A stretch of DNA of 64,000 nt from Okamejei kenojei (taxonomy: Eukaryota). Position numbers and translations under genes: made by a program. The first letter of the stretch is position 1. Every line of letters starts with the position of its first letter. Positions 1-11,749 of the stretch are shown piece after piece. The stretch is from contig CM069149.1 in the NCBI GenBank assembly GCA_035221665.1, forward strand, positions 43,400,001 to 43,464,000, in the 5' to 3' direction. The notes under the pieces were generated by a model. It did no database searches. It was not told where the DNA came from and saw nothing but the letters and a program-made list of their open reading frames with translations.

Positions 1-619
1 CACTCTGTATCACTTTATGAAGGATTTTTTTTTTAAAACAATCTGACTAGAACTTCTTCTTGGCATGTTCTCTTTAGTATAAATCTAACTTTAAGCTTCA
101 CTTTCCATGTCTAAGGGAAATTATTGAAAAATGCAAAAAACAAGAATATCTGGTATGTATCCCAAAGGGATGATATTGTTAAATCTTCGAATCATGCTAT
201 TGTACGAGTGCATACTGGGCTGGCAGTATGAATCACTTCCAATAAAAGAAACCTAATCTATTTGAAGGTTTGGGAGCTAAATTTGATAGCTGCTGAAAGC
301 AGCTGTGGGGATTATATTGCATTGGTTCTGAAGCAGGCAGCATACCGACTTAGTGTTGCTCATTTCAAATGATTCAAGCAATCACCCGCAGTGTTGATTT
401 GCTGTACACATCAGGTGAGGACCAATTTTGTGAGCAGTTAGCTCATGCTAGTGCCTGTCTTCAAGTATCAGTCAGCTTTTTCGCTTTAAGCAAGGTGCAC
501 TGTGGCGAAGCTGTCCTTAACCACAATGCACTGAATGACAATGTGGGAGAGTACAGGTTTTAAGTGTATTGTATTGCATTTGTACAAAAGGGTTGTGTAT
601 TAGAGGTGTACTATATTTG

Positions 620-1800
620 CAGGGGACAATTTGGCCCTCCGCACACGCAGAAGAAGGATGCACTCACTGAACTTGATAATGGGAGCAGCTATCCTCAAAG
701 GTAAATTCCACACAATTGGAATCAAATCTTGAAAGAAGTCCAACGAACTCACACGAGTGATCAAGTTCAGTGAATGCATCCTTAATTGCCACATCCTACT
801 AATTCCATCACTGAACCAAACACTCAGTTGTGAGCCTTTGCCTATCCAAACAGCAATGCTATTTTCATTCTATTGTTGATATTTCTTGCAAGCAATATAG
901 TAAAAAGTGAAGACAATTTTTGTTTGTGCATCTTCCTGGGAGATATTTGACTTTTTTTTTGTAAAACATCTCTGGTTTTGAAGTACATTCAACTGTACAG
1001 ATCTGTAGCCCATCATGAACGACTTGCTGCGGCCTTGAACTTTCATCAACATGGATCTTACCTCCCATGTTGCAGGAGTTGTCAACATGTTGATATTTAA
1101 TAGAAACAGTGACATCACCTTTGGCAAGATATTCAATTCCACAGAGTGCTAAGACAAAGACTTTATATACTAGTATTTCCATGTAACATGTTTTGTTTTT
1201 GTTTGCACTTCCAGACCCTTTCATTTTTCTTACTTTTGGAGACAAACACCATCCTGAACCTGAGGTAGTTTTAAGTCAAATGAAAATGTCTTAATTATTT
1301 TTTTAAGTTTAGCCAAAGTATTTGAACTTTGGTATGGTTTTCCGAGTATAGTCATCAATGCTTCATTTGGGAAGCACCTGTGACCTGACCAATAATGTGT
1401 ATTTTCTTCAATTTTGTGGTGAAGCAATATTTATTGTATGGCTGAGATAATCTATCAGTACAAAAGTATAGATTGGTTTCATCATGCTCTCCAAAAGGCT
1501 CCATTGTCAAATTAAAGTATTATTCTGATGAGATATGGCAGATATTTGATTATGTAGGTTACATACCCCTTCTGTCTGACTTCCTATTAGTTGTATTGCT
1601 GAAAGCATGTCAGAGGAGAAGGGATAAGAATATGCCAAACAATATTATAACAAGTGCAAAACCTTGTTTTACTCCACTTTGTAACTTGAAGGAACTTGAT
1701 GATGATACCATAACATTACCAAATGTTGTAAATTTTTGTGGAGGAAATTGATAATAGTCAAATGTCTCAGGGGGAAAGTGATTGTGGGGGAGGGGAGAAT
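620..1800 (-). mobile_element. Possible ancient, internally deleted piggyBac-like transposon remnant
   Basis: Minus-strand peptides HYWS...LGKPY...LKKIIKTFSFDLK (1230-1427) and GRCTNK.../ACKKY (870-960) resemble piggyBac WS..GRP..RFxxIxRFLRFD and the Cys-rich C-terminus. A GGGGACAATTTGGCCC subterminal-type motif lies at about 622-637. No clear TTAA/TIR ends; boundaries are guessed. Confidence 0.3.
654..783. mobile_element. Small MITE-like inverted repeat (possibly PIF/Harbinger-like)
   Basis: aaggatgcactcactgaacttgat (654-677) is the reverse complement of 760-783 with one mismatch; 82-bp spacer; TAA follows the right arm. Confidence 0.55.
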
Positions 1801-2844
1801 AAGAATTCCTTTTCGATATCTTTGTTATGCTGATTTAAATTAAATACACTATTTTTAATTCTATACATTTCTCCTTCAATGGTCTGATGGTGAATATTTT
1901 GTCTCTGGTAAATTTTTGCTCAAAAACCAGACTGGGCTTGGATGTACTCACTTTGCCTGTGTTCATGCTTTATTCAATACCACTCTGGCAATTAATTTAC
2001 CCAGGATGTTATGCAGAAAGACTCTGCAGCAGTTGCAATTACAGCACTCTTTATTTTTGCAAAGTGTTATAGTCATTTTACAGCTCTTGAGTCACTGAGA
2101 CTGTATTCTTGGATAGAAGCAATAAGTCATGGAGTCAATGCAGAAGCACCCCGTTTCCATATTTGATCATTTGGCTGAAGTATCATCTACGCTTTGTTAT
2201 CTCCATGGGTACTCAGACCTTCATAAAGTAACTGCTGGGTTCAGAGTCCAGGTCATCACTCAGACACTTCCTAATGGCATCTAGCTCTATGCCAGTGAGA
2301 GCAATCTATTTAGTATCTAACTCCAGCTAATGTTCTAGTCAGCAATCCAAATGTTTATATTAGTCTGTGATAATTTCACCTAATTTCTTTGGTTTCTCAT
2401 ATCAATGTAACATTACTCTAATATTTGGCAGGTCTTGGCAAAAACGCACATCATATCACTCTGGCATAGAGGCATTAATCTAACCAAAATATTTTCCTTA
2501 GCCAAAATGACAATTTGCGTTAAGGCTAAATAAATTAAGAATGAAAAATTTGGTTCCCACCCAGTTAAGGTCTATTGTAGTGCACTGGAGCTGGAGACAT
2601 AGAGAACTATTTCCCATAACATTGCACATTATGGAAATGTTTGCAAACACGAGATCAAAATCTGAAACATACATGTATTTATCCATATGATAATTATGAA
2701 CAAGTTAAAAAGTTACATGCAATGTATCTGCTTGAGTTGTATCCATAGTTTATTGCATGTGTGATGAAACTGCTCTACAACCTGTGCATTAGAAAGGCAG
2801 GCCCTAGGTAGATCCTATACCATCCCACTAAACGTACTTACAAC

Positions 2845-3970
2845 CTATACAAGAAATGGGAGCTGGATAAAGCTATATGGTCTCTCAAACCCATTATGCC
2901 ATTCATTAAGATCAAGGCTCAGATTTACTTCTCAATCTGTTGGGCATTGAATATATTCAATAATTCAGCATGTAACGGTTCTCTGCTTAGAGCAGCGTTT
3001 CTCAACCTTCTTACCCTTGCAGAACCCTTGAAAGAATTTTCATGTCCCAGGGAACCCCTACATAAAATTATTATATATCTTTATGAATCTCTTTCTTTCT
3101 CTTTCATAAACTTAAAGTTCATAAGGCAAACATAATATATTTTTCTGATAACTGGTTTAAGCAAAAAACATGTTTTTCTCAAGTTTATTGACAATGCAAA
3201 AACAAAAACTGAAATCAAACATCTTGTTCAAAACTGAAGCAAATAAAGAATTAATACTGGAAGAGAGAGATAGAGAGAGAAAGAGAGAGAAAACACATAA
3301 ACTTTTCATAAACTAGCAAAAACATACATAAATAAACTTTTGGTAAACTAACCAAACTAAACATAAACATACTTATGTTTAAAACAATTCATATAACATC
3401 TCTAAATGATGGGTAAAAATGACTAAATAACGTGGGTGAATGAGGGACTGTACCTGCCCGCCAGGAAGCACAGACAGGACTGATGGAGACCGTGCATGCG
3501 TCTGTACTCGAGTGAGTCACTTGATGATATACAAATCGGTCACGTACAGCTCCTGTCCACTGATCACTAAAGGCCGTTTCACACTGGCGCCGTATAGACG
3601 TCGCTAAATATGATGTCACTAAATAGACGTCGCTAAATATGCCGTTCGTGTATAATAAAATTACGAATATGAAATTAAACCCAAAAATGACTCAAAAATT
3701 TATTTACATATGATTAGCTTATTTATCACTATTTCTCCTGTTCGACCTCTCGTGGAACCCTAACATTCTGGGGAACCCCGTTTGAGAAACGCTAGCTTAG
3801 AGAGTTCCAAAGACCTGTTAAGCTCCAAGAGAATAAATTCCTACTCATCCCCACCTGAATTAAATAATGGTTTAGCTCCAGATTCTCCCATGAAGGAGAA
3901 CATCATTTATAGCAAGAGCAGGAGCAAGCCAACTGATATCTCAAAATTATTCATGGCTGATTCAATCACA
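2845..3970 (-). mobile_element. Old degraded CR1 3' fragments, interrupted by the hAT element
   Basis: Antisense CR1 3'UTR-like words (ccattcattaagatcaaggctca; attcatggctgatt; ttgaatatattcaa) on both sides of the hAT insertion. Confidence 0.5.
2993..3794. mobile_element. Non-autonomous hAT DNA transposon (802 bp)
   Basis: TIRs CAGCGTTTCTCAA / TTGAGAAACGCTA; perfect 8-bp TSD GCTTAGAG at 2985-2992 and 3795-3802; subterminal GGAACCC repeats; no transposase ORF. Confidence 0.9.
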
Positions 3971-3972
3971 TC

Positions 3973-4696
3973 CAGAACAGAGGACAGAAAGGGATCGGGT
4001 GGCCAATAGCCAGCAAAGCAGTAGGCAGGTAGTGCAGGAGTCCCCTGCGGTCATCTCCCTCCTAAACAAGTATACCATTTTGGATACTGTTGAGGGAGAT
4101 GGCTCACCAGGGGAATGCAGCAGCAGCCAAGTTAATGGCACCATGGATGGCTCTGCAGCACATGAGGGGGGGAAAAAAGAGGGGAATGGCAATAGTAATA
4201 GGGGATTCAATTGTCAGGGGAATAGATAGGCGTTTCTGCGGCCGCAAACGAGACTCCAGGATGGTATATTGCCTCCCTGGTGCAAGGGTCAGGGATGTCA
4301 CTGAACAGCTGCAGAACATTCTGGAGGGGGAGGGTGAACAGCCAGTTGTCGTGGTGCATATTGGCACCAACGATATAGGTAAAAAAAAGGAATGAGGTCC
4401 TACAAGGTGAATTGAGGGAGCTAGGAGATAAACTTAAAAGTAGGACCTCAAAGGTAATAATCTCTGGATTATTACCAGTCCCACGGGCCAGTCAGAGTAG
4501 AAATAGGAGGATATTGCAGATGAATACGTGGCTTGAAAAATGGTGCAAGGGGGAGGGATTAAAATTTTTAGGGCACTGGAACCATTTCTGGGGGAGGTGG
4601 GACTAGTACAAACAGGACGGTCTGTACCTGGGCTGGAATGGAACCAATGTCCTTGAGGGAGTGTTTGCTAGTGCTGTCGGGGAGGATTTAAACTAA
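3973..4696 (+). pseudogene. CR1 ORF1, SGNH/GDSL esterase domain (disrupted)
   Basis: Motifs IVIGDSIVRG, CLPGARVRDV, VVVHIGTNDI and DGLYL (normally DGLHL). Frameshifts at the homopolymer runs near 4170 and 4385, premature TAG at 4604-4606, terminal TAA at 4694-4696. Confidence 0.85.
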
Positions 4697-7672
4697 TGTG
4701 GCAGGGGGATGCGTACAAGAGCAGAGAGGCAGTTGGGTGTAAAACGAGGGTAGAAGCAATAGGGAGCAAGGTGAAAAGTAAAAGTGGCAGGCAAACAAAA
4801 CCAGGGCAAAAATCAAAAAGGGCCACTTTTCAACATAATTGTATAAGGGGTAAGAGCATTGTAAAAACAAGCCTGAAGGCTTTGTGTCTCAATGCAAGGA
4901 GTATTCGTAATAAGGTGGATGAGTTGAACGTGCAGATAGCTATTAATGATTATGATATAGTTGGGATCATGGAGACATGGCTCCAGGGTGACCAAGGCTG
5001 GGAGCTGAATATCCAGGGATATTCAATATTCAGGAGGGATAGAGAGAAAGGAAAAGGAGGTGGGGTAGCGTTGCTGGTTAGAGAGGAGATTAACGCAATG
5101 GAAAGGAAGGACATTAGCTTGGAGGATGTTGGAATCGGTATGGGTAGAGCTGCGAAACACTAAAGAGCAGAAAACTCTGGTGGGTGTTGTGTACAGGCCA
5201 CCTAACAGTAGTAGTGAAGTTGGGGATGGTATCAAACAGGAAATTAGTAATGCGTGCGACAAAGGCAAAACAGTTATAATGGGCGACTTCAATCTACATA
5301 TAGATTGGGTGAATCAAATCGGCAGGGGCACTAAGGAAGAGGATTTTTTGGAATGTATGCGGGATAGTTATCTAAATCAACATGTAGAGGAACCAACGAG
5401 AGAGCAGGTTATTTTAGATTGGGTATTGAGTAATGAGGAAGGGGTAGTTAGCAGTCTTGTTGTACGTGCCCCCTTGGGCAAGAGTGACCATAATATGGTC
5501 GAGTTCTTCATTAGGATGGAGAGTGACATTGTTAATTCAGAAACAATGGTTCTGAACTTAAAGAAAGGTAACTTTGAGGGTATGAGATGTGAATTGGCCA
5601 AGATTGACTGGCAATCAATTCTAAAAGAGTTGACGGTGGATACGCAATGGAAGACATTTAAAGACTGCATGGTTGAACTACAAAAATTGTTCATCCCAGT
5701 TTGGCAAAAGAATAAATCAGGGAAGGTAGTGCATCCGTGGATAACAAGGGAAATCAGGGATAGTATCAAAGCAAAGGATGATGCATACAAAGTAGCTAGA
5801 AAAAGAAGCATACCAGAGGACTGGGAGAAATTCAGAGACCAGCAGAGCAGGACAAAGGGCTTAATTAGGAAAGGAAAAATAGATGATGAAAAACTGGCAG
5901 GGAACATAAAAACTGACTGCAAATGTTTTTATAGATATGTGAAGAGAAAGAGATTAGTTAAAACAAATGTAGGTCTCTTGCAGTCAGAAACAGGTGAGTT
6001 GATCATGGGGAACAAGGATATGGCGAACCAATTGAATAACTACTTTGGTTCCGTCTTCACAAAGGAAGACATAAATAATCTGCCGGAAATAGGAGGGGAC
6101 CGCGGGTCAAAGGAGGAATTGAGTGAAATCCAGGTTAGTCGGGAAGTGGTGTTGGGTAAATTGAATGGATTAAAGGCCGATAAATCCCCAGGGCCAGATA
6201 GGCTGCATCCCAGAGTACTTAAGGAAGTAGCTCCGGAAATGGTGGATGCATTAGTGATAATCTTTCAAAACTCTTTAGATTCTGGAGTAGTTCCTGAGGA
6301 TTGGCGGGTAGCAAACGTAACTCCTCTTTTTAAGAAGGGAGAGAGGGAGAAAACAGGGAATTACAGACCAGTTAGTCTAACATTGGTAGTGGGGAAACTG
6401 CTAGAGTCAGTTATTAAAGATGGGATAGCAGCACATTTGGAAAGTGGTGAAATCATTGGACAAAGTCAGCATGGATTTACGAAAGGTAAATCATGTCTGA
6501 CGAATCTTGTGGAATTTTTCGAGGATGTAACCAGTAGCGTGGATAGGGGAGAACCAATAGATGTGGTGTACCTGGACTTCCAGAAGGCTTTCGACAAGGT
6601 CCCACATAAGAGATTAGTATACAAACTTAAAGCATACGGCATTGGGGGTTCAGTATTGATGTGGATAGAGAACTGGCTGGCAAACAGGAAGCAAAGAGTA
6701 GGAGTAAACGGGTCCTTTTCACAATGGCAGGCAGTGACTAGTGGGGTACCACAAGGGTCCGTGCTGGGACCCCAGTTATTTACAATATACATTGATGATC
6801 TGGATGAGGGAATTGAAGGCAATATCTCCAAGTTTGCGGATGACACTAAGCTGGGGGGCAATGTTAGCTGTGAGGAGGATGCTAGGAGACTGCAAGGTGA
6901 CTTAGATAGGCTGGGTGAGTGGGCAAATGTTTGGCAGATGCAGTATAATGTGGATAAATGTGAGGTTATCCACTTTGGTGGCAAAAACAGGAAAGCAGAC
7001 TATTATCTAAATGGTGGCCGATTAAGAAAAGGGGCGATGCAGCGCGACCTGGGTGTCATGGTACACCAGTCATTGAAAGTAGGCATGCAGGTGCAGCAGG
7101 CAGTGAAGAAAGCGAATGGTATGTTAGCTTTCATAGCAAAAGGATTTGAGTGTAGGAGCAGGGAGGTTCTACTTCAGTTGCATAGGGTCTTAGTGAGACC
7201 ACACCTGGAGTATTCCGTACAGTTCTGGTCCCCAAATCTGAGGAAGGACATTATTGCCATAGAGGGAGTGCAGAGAAGGTTCACCAGACTGATTCCTGGG
7301 ATGTCAGGACTGTCTTATGAAGAAAGACTGGATAGACTCGGTTTATACACTCTAGAATTTAGGAGCTTGAGAGGGGATCTTATAGAAACTGACAAAATTC
7401 TTAAGGGGTTGGACAGGCAAGATGCAGGAAGATTGTTCCCGATGTTGGGGAGGTCCAGGACAAGGGGTCACCCCTTAAGGATAAGGGGGAAATCCTTTAG
7501 GACCGAGATGAGAAGGACTTTTTTCACGCAGAGAGTGGTGGGTCTCTGGAACTCTTTGCCACAGAGGGTAGTGGAGGCCAGTTCATTGGCTATATTTAAG
7601 AGGGAGTTAGATGTGGCCCTTATGGCTAGGGGGATCAGAGGGTATGGAGAGAAGGCAGGTAAGAGACACTGA
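4696..7672 (+). pseudogene. CR1 ORF2, apurinic endonuclease plus reverse transcriptase, one frameshift near 5130
   Basis: APE motifs (CLNARSIRNK, ETWL, GGGVALLV, GVVYRPP, MGDFN, SDHN) and RT motifs (NYRPVSLT, LDFQKAFDKV, GVPQGSVLGP, FADD). The 155-aa and 848-aa ORFs join if one T is removed from gatgttggaatcg. Confidence 0.92.
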
Positions 7673-7760
7673 GTTGGATGATCACCCATGATCATATTGA
7701 ATGGCGGTGCAGGCTCGAAGGGCCGAATGGCCTACTCCTGCACCTGATTTCTATGTTTCT

Positions 7761-8700
7761 GCTCCCCATGAATCTTCATTTCCCTGAAACGCAATTGACT
7801 GGTTAATCATGGTCTTGAATATATTCGATTCCTGTCTCACAGCTCTTGGGGATAGAGAATTCTGCAGATTCACAACCCTTTGGAAGAATAAATTCCTCAT
7901 CATGTTCATCTTACATTGGTCCTGAAGTTCGAGATAACTCCAGTAGGCAAAACATAATCACATCTCTCAGAATCTCAGAAACACATTTCAATCAGCTCAG
8001 GTCTTGTTGCTCTGAACTCCAATAAACAGAGGGCCAACTTGCTCAGATTTTCCATTTATCAACTCCTCTATGCCAGAAATCAACTCAGCACACTCCTTTC
8101 AGAGTAAATATATTATTCTTTAAATATGGGGACTACAACTGTACCCAGTACGTCAGGTATGCCTCACCAGTACTCTGTAGAATTGCATCAAAACTTCCCT
8201 ACTTCTATAATTCATTTTCCTCGCAGTAATGTGACTTTCCAGTCCTTTGACTTCTCTCCAGGATTCAAGGAATTTTGGTACAACCTGCACATTCTATCTC
8301 TGCAGCCACTTCCTTTATGATACAATGCCATGAGTTATACCTAGTGCAGTAACCTTTTATATTGAATGCTTTCTGGAAAACTAAAAATACTTATCCACTG
8401 GCTCTCCATTATTCCCCACACTTGGTACATTCTCAAAAAACTCTAGTAAATTTGTCAAACCCGATTTCCCTTTCATAAAACCACGCTGACTCCACTTGAC
8501 TGCATTATGATGTTCTCAACGTCTAGCATTTTCCCCAATGACAGATGTCAGGCTGACTGCCTATAGTTTCCTGCTTCCTGTCTCCCTCACTTCTCAATTA
8601 GATGGTTACATTTACAGTTTTCCAGTCTGCTGGCACCTGTCCAAAATCAAGGGAATTTTGGAAGATCACAACCAATGCATTCACCATCTCGTCAGCCATT
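7761..8700 (-). mobile_element. Older degraded CR1 (3' end and RT pieces) that hosts the young CR1
   Basis: Antisense RT words: gaatgctttctggaaa (DFQKAF), ccctttcataaaaccacgctgact (SQHGFMKG), gtcaggctgactgcctatagtt (NYRPVSLT-like). Confidence 0.7.
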
Positions 8701-9029
8701 TTCAAAAACGCTGCCCACATTAAATAGCAATCTAAACGACATGTAGAAATGCCTCCAGAAATAAAAGATCAAGCCAAATCACCACACAACAATAATTGCT
8801 GCATTCCATCATCGGGACAGGAAAGTTAAATGCAACCCGGCAGTGACCTTTTGCAGCAAATGCTACAATATGAATCCTATTTATGAGCAAAGTTGGACTG
8901 CACATTAAATTTCCACTAGTACTTGAAGATGGTAACCAGCATGATGTAAAAAAGGCTCTCGATCTGGCTTCCTCTACATTGGTTACACCAAGAGAAGACA
9001 AGGTGACCACTTTGCGAATACGTGAGCTG

Positions 9030-9141
9030 TCCACGGGGCATCGTGGAGCTTACGGTTGCTGGATGATCAGCCATGATCACAGTGCATGGTGGTGCTGGCT
9101 CAAAGGGCCGAATGGCCTGCTCCTGCACCTATTGTCTATTG
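9030..9141 (+). mobile_element. Short CR1 3' tail
   Basis: gatgatcagccatgatcac...ggccgaatggcctgctcctgcacctattgtctattg. Confidence 0.8.
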
Positions 9142-9149
9142 ACATTTTG

Positions 9150-9620
9150 ATTTCCCTTCCTATTCCCAAACCAACCTATCTGTCCTTGGCTTCCTCCATT
9201 GGTAGCTTGAGGCCATTAACAGACTGGAAGAATAGCACGTCGTAGTCCATTTGAGAAGCCTTAAACCCAATGGCAAGAATATTGAATTCTCCAACTTTAA
9301 GTAATCCCCCCCCCCGACCGCCTCTTCCTCTACACTGTTCTTCCCCAATATCCCACTCATACTTATTTCCTGCTTTCCACTCCTCCATCCGTCACCCACT
9401 TCCATCTGCTCATCTTCCAGCCCTCCTTACTCCGGGTTCCTTATTTTTGTTCCTCCCCCTGGTGTTACATTACACTCCATCTTCCATCTTTATCAGATTT
9501 TACCTGAACCTCGTTGCCTTCTCCACTTTTCGCCTCAAGTCTTGGTTACTATCTCACTCATTTCCCTCCCACCCGACTCATCTGCTAATCAGCCACTCAT
9601 CATCATCATCATCCACCTCA
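9150..9620 (+). mobile_element. Penelope-like element fragment (GIY-YIG C-terminus and pyrimidine-rich 3' region)
   Basis: Decayed reading VLGFLH...RLEE*HV..HLRSLKPNGKNIEFSNF, matching the PLE C-terminal motif RxLEEQHLIFRLGxLxPxGMNIEFSNF. Confidence 0.7.
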
Positions 9621-9718
9621 CTCTTGCTCGTTCTTGCCACACCTCTTACAATTTGTAGCATCATGGTGACAGAATGAACACTCGGCAAATTCTTTAAAAT
9701 AGGTATCATAAACAGCTT

Positions 9719-9875
9719 GATAAACAGCTTGACGTTTCGGGTCTGAAGAAGGGTCTCAACCCGAAACGTCGCCTATCTCCTTCGCTCCTTAGATGCTGCT
9801 GCACCCGCTGAGTTTCTCCAGCTTTTTGTGTACCCTCGATTCTCCAGCATCTGCAGTTCCTTCTTTAAAAAAAAA
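9719..9875 (+). mobile_element. Short Penelope-tail-derived retroelement with hammerhead motif, oligo(A) end and 14-bp TSD
   Basis: TSD atcataaacagctt at 9705-9718 and 9876-9889; A-run at 9867-9876; near-identical inverted copy at 44945-45068. Confidence 0.8.
9743..9770 (+). ncRNA. Minimal type I hammerhead ribozyme motif
   Basis: CUGAAGA-A-GGGU(CUCA)ACCC-GAAAC-GUC; helix I GGGU/GCCU; palindromic ACGU helix III. Confidence 0.7.
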
Positions 9876-10175
9876 ATCATAAACAGCTTATTCCCCTCTA
9901 TTATAAGGCTTTTGAACAGTTCTTCCATCAGCGAGGAAACTGTCCGATTCACCTCCACCTCATTGTGGAGAGTGTTTTGTCTATGGAATGCTCCAATGGG
10001 TGCTACAATGCTGAGAACTATATTCTGCACTCTGTGTCTTCCCCTTTTCTCTATCTAACGTATTTTATTTTGACTTGATTGTATTTGTGTATGGTATATA
10101 TGCATGCTGTTTGGATGCAATAGCATGCAAAACAAGGATTTTTAGTATACCTATACATGTGGCAATAAACCTATA
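9876..10175 (+). mobile_element. Rex1/Babar-type 3' fragment
   Basis: NSLFPSIIRLLN C-terminus, then a conserved tail ending acatgtggcaataaac. Confidence 0.6.
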
Positions 10176-11749
10176 ATTAAAATGTAAATAAAGCACTTGA
10201 ATAATTAAAAACCTTAATGCAATCTGAAAATAAGTTATACAATGTAACTTGCATTATACTTATCTCCCTTTCATGTAGCCATAAAATCTTCTTTGCAATG
10301 AATGGGCTACAGATGAATATAGAATAGGCCTACAGTAGCTTTAATCAAATGCAGTTACCAAACAGATTTCCCAGTGTTAGTAATGGAGTAACTGACAGAT
10401 TTGCTGGCTTGAATCTGTTAACAAGTTTGGAAATTCCTCATTCAGAAAGGCACATGCCAAACTCCTGAACCTGCTGGCATTTTCATGAGTGAAAATGCAA
10501 TTGCTGAGAACAAAACAAATCCATGATGGATATATACAGTTAATTGGCCAAAAATCCAAATATCCTTGCAGTAAAACAATTATAAATGGTAATTGATCAC
10601 ATTATTATTATATTGTTTGAAAACTCCCTACCGTGCATGCTTATATTGGAAGAATTACTAAATATCAAAAGTTAAAATATTAAAAGTATTGGATTTACAG
10701 TATGAGTTCCTATATAAATGCAATTCTTTATTCTCTCCTTCCACGGTTGTGTTTGAATAGTATTTGCCAAGTAGCCATTTTATGGGAGCACGTCGTCATA
10801 CAAACACGACAATCCCTGGATCCTGCAGCACAACAGACCTTCCAAACATAAATTTGCATCAAACTCTCAAGTTGATGCTTGGTACTTCCGAACGCATTGA
10901 TAAAAGGACTGCGGAACATTTTTGGCATTTATCAACCAGCAAATGAATAAACCAAGAAAACTGACGTTGTTAGACTACAAATACAGTTACACATTATAAT
11001 AAATTCACAAAGTAGTTGAAAATTCAAAGAGTACAGTTCATTAATGCGAGCAGCAAAATGCCCAGTCTCGAACAAGCCAGCAGTATTTAATGGATATTAA
11101 CTAAAATAAGCATCTGAGAGCATCGAGGAGATCGAAAATAGGCTCTGGCAACACATGACAGAATCTAGCGTGGTGAGTCAAAACAAAGGAACCATTTTTC
11201 AAAAAGAAGGGATGAGTAAGATACAGAAACCTGCACTGATTTTTGCCTGCAGCTGGAAGAATCATCAGACTACGAAACAGGTCAGGAGTCCCTTCTTCCT
11301 TGTTTGAAAGAAATTAAGTGTCAAACATTCAAACTATTTTTACATTAAAAAAAATTGCAACTTAATAATACTGAGAAACTTAATGAGAAACTCTGAATTT
11401 TGCTCAGATAGCCAAATTGCAGAAGAATATGTGCAAAAATGATTTTCTTAAACTTGTTGCTTAACAGAATGGAGGTAAATAGCTGGAAGACATGCAGAGA
11501 AGAAAGGTGTGCCATGTCTGCAGGAATCTAGGACACACAAACACGTGCATAACACACCTACTAAGATGTCCACTTCTTGGTGAACAATGCTGCCTGGAAG
11601 ATCTAGCGGTGGCAAACGAGAAGGTTGTCCACGGTACAAGAGCCTGGCCGAACATTTGAAACATAGATGATGGACACGAAAGAATAAAATAATTTTTTTG
11701 AAGTTTTTTAAAAATTACTGGGGCGGTTGTGGCAATCCCAAAGCACAGG

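Larger units (their letters stand above)
3973..7760 (+). mobile_element. Young 5'-truncated CR1-clade LINE
   Basis: ORF1 esterase remnant, then ORF2 APE-RT, then the CR1 3'UTR hairpin (ggtgcaggctcgaagggccgaatggcctactcctgcacc) and a ttctatgtttct tail. Confidence 0.95.

Noticed and set aside
5023-6984. Antisense ORFs of 89, 181 and 172 aa
   Set aside because: Shadow frames of CR1 ORF2.
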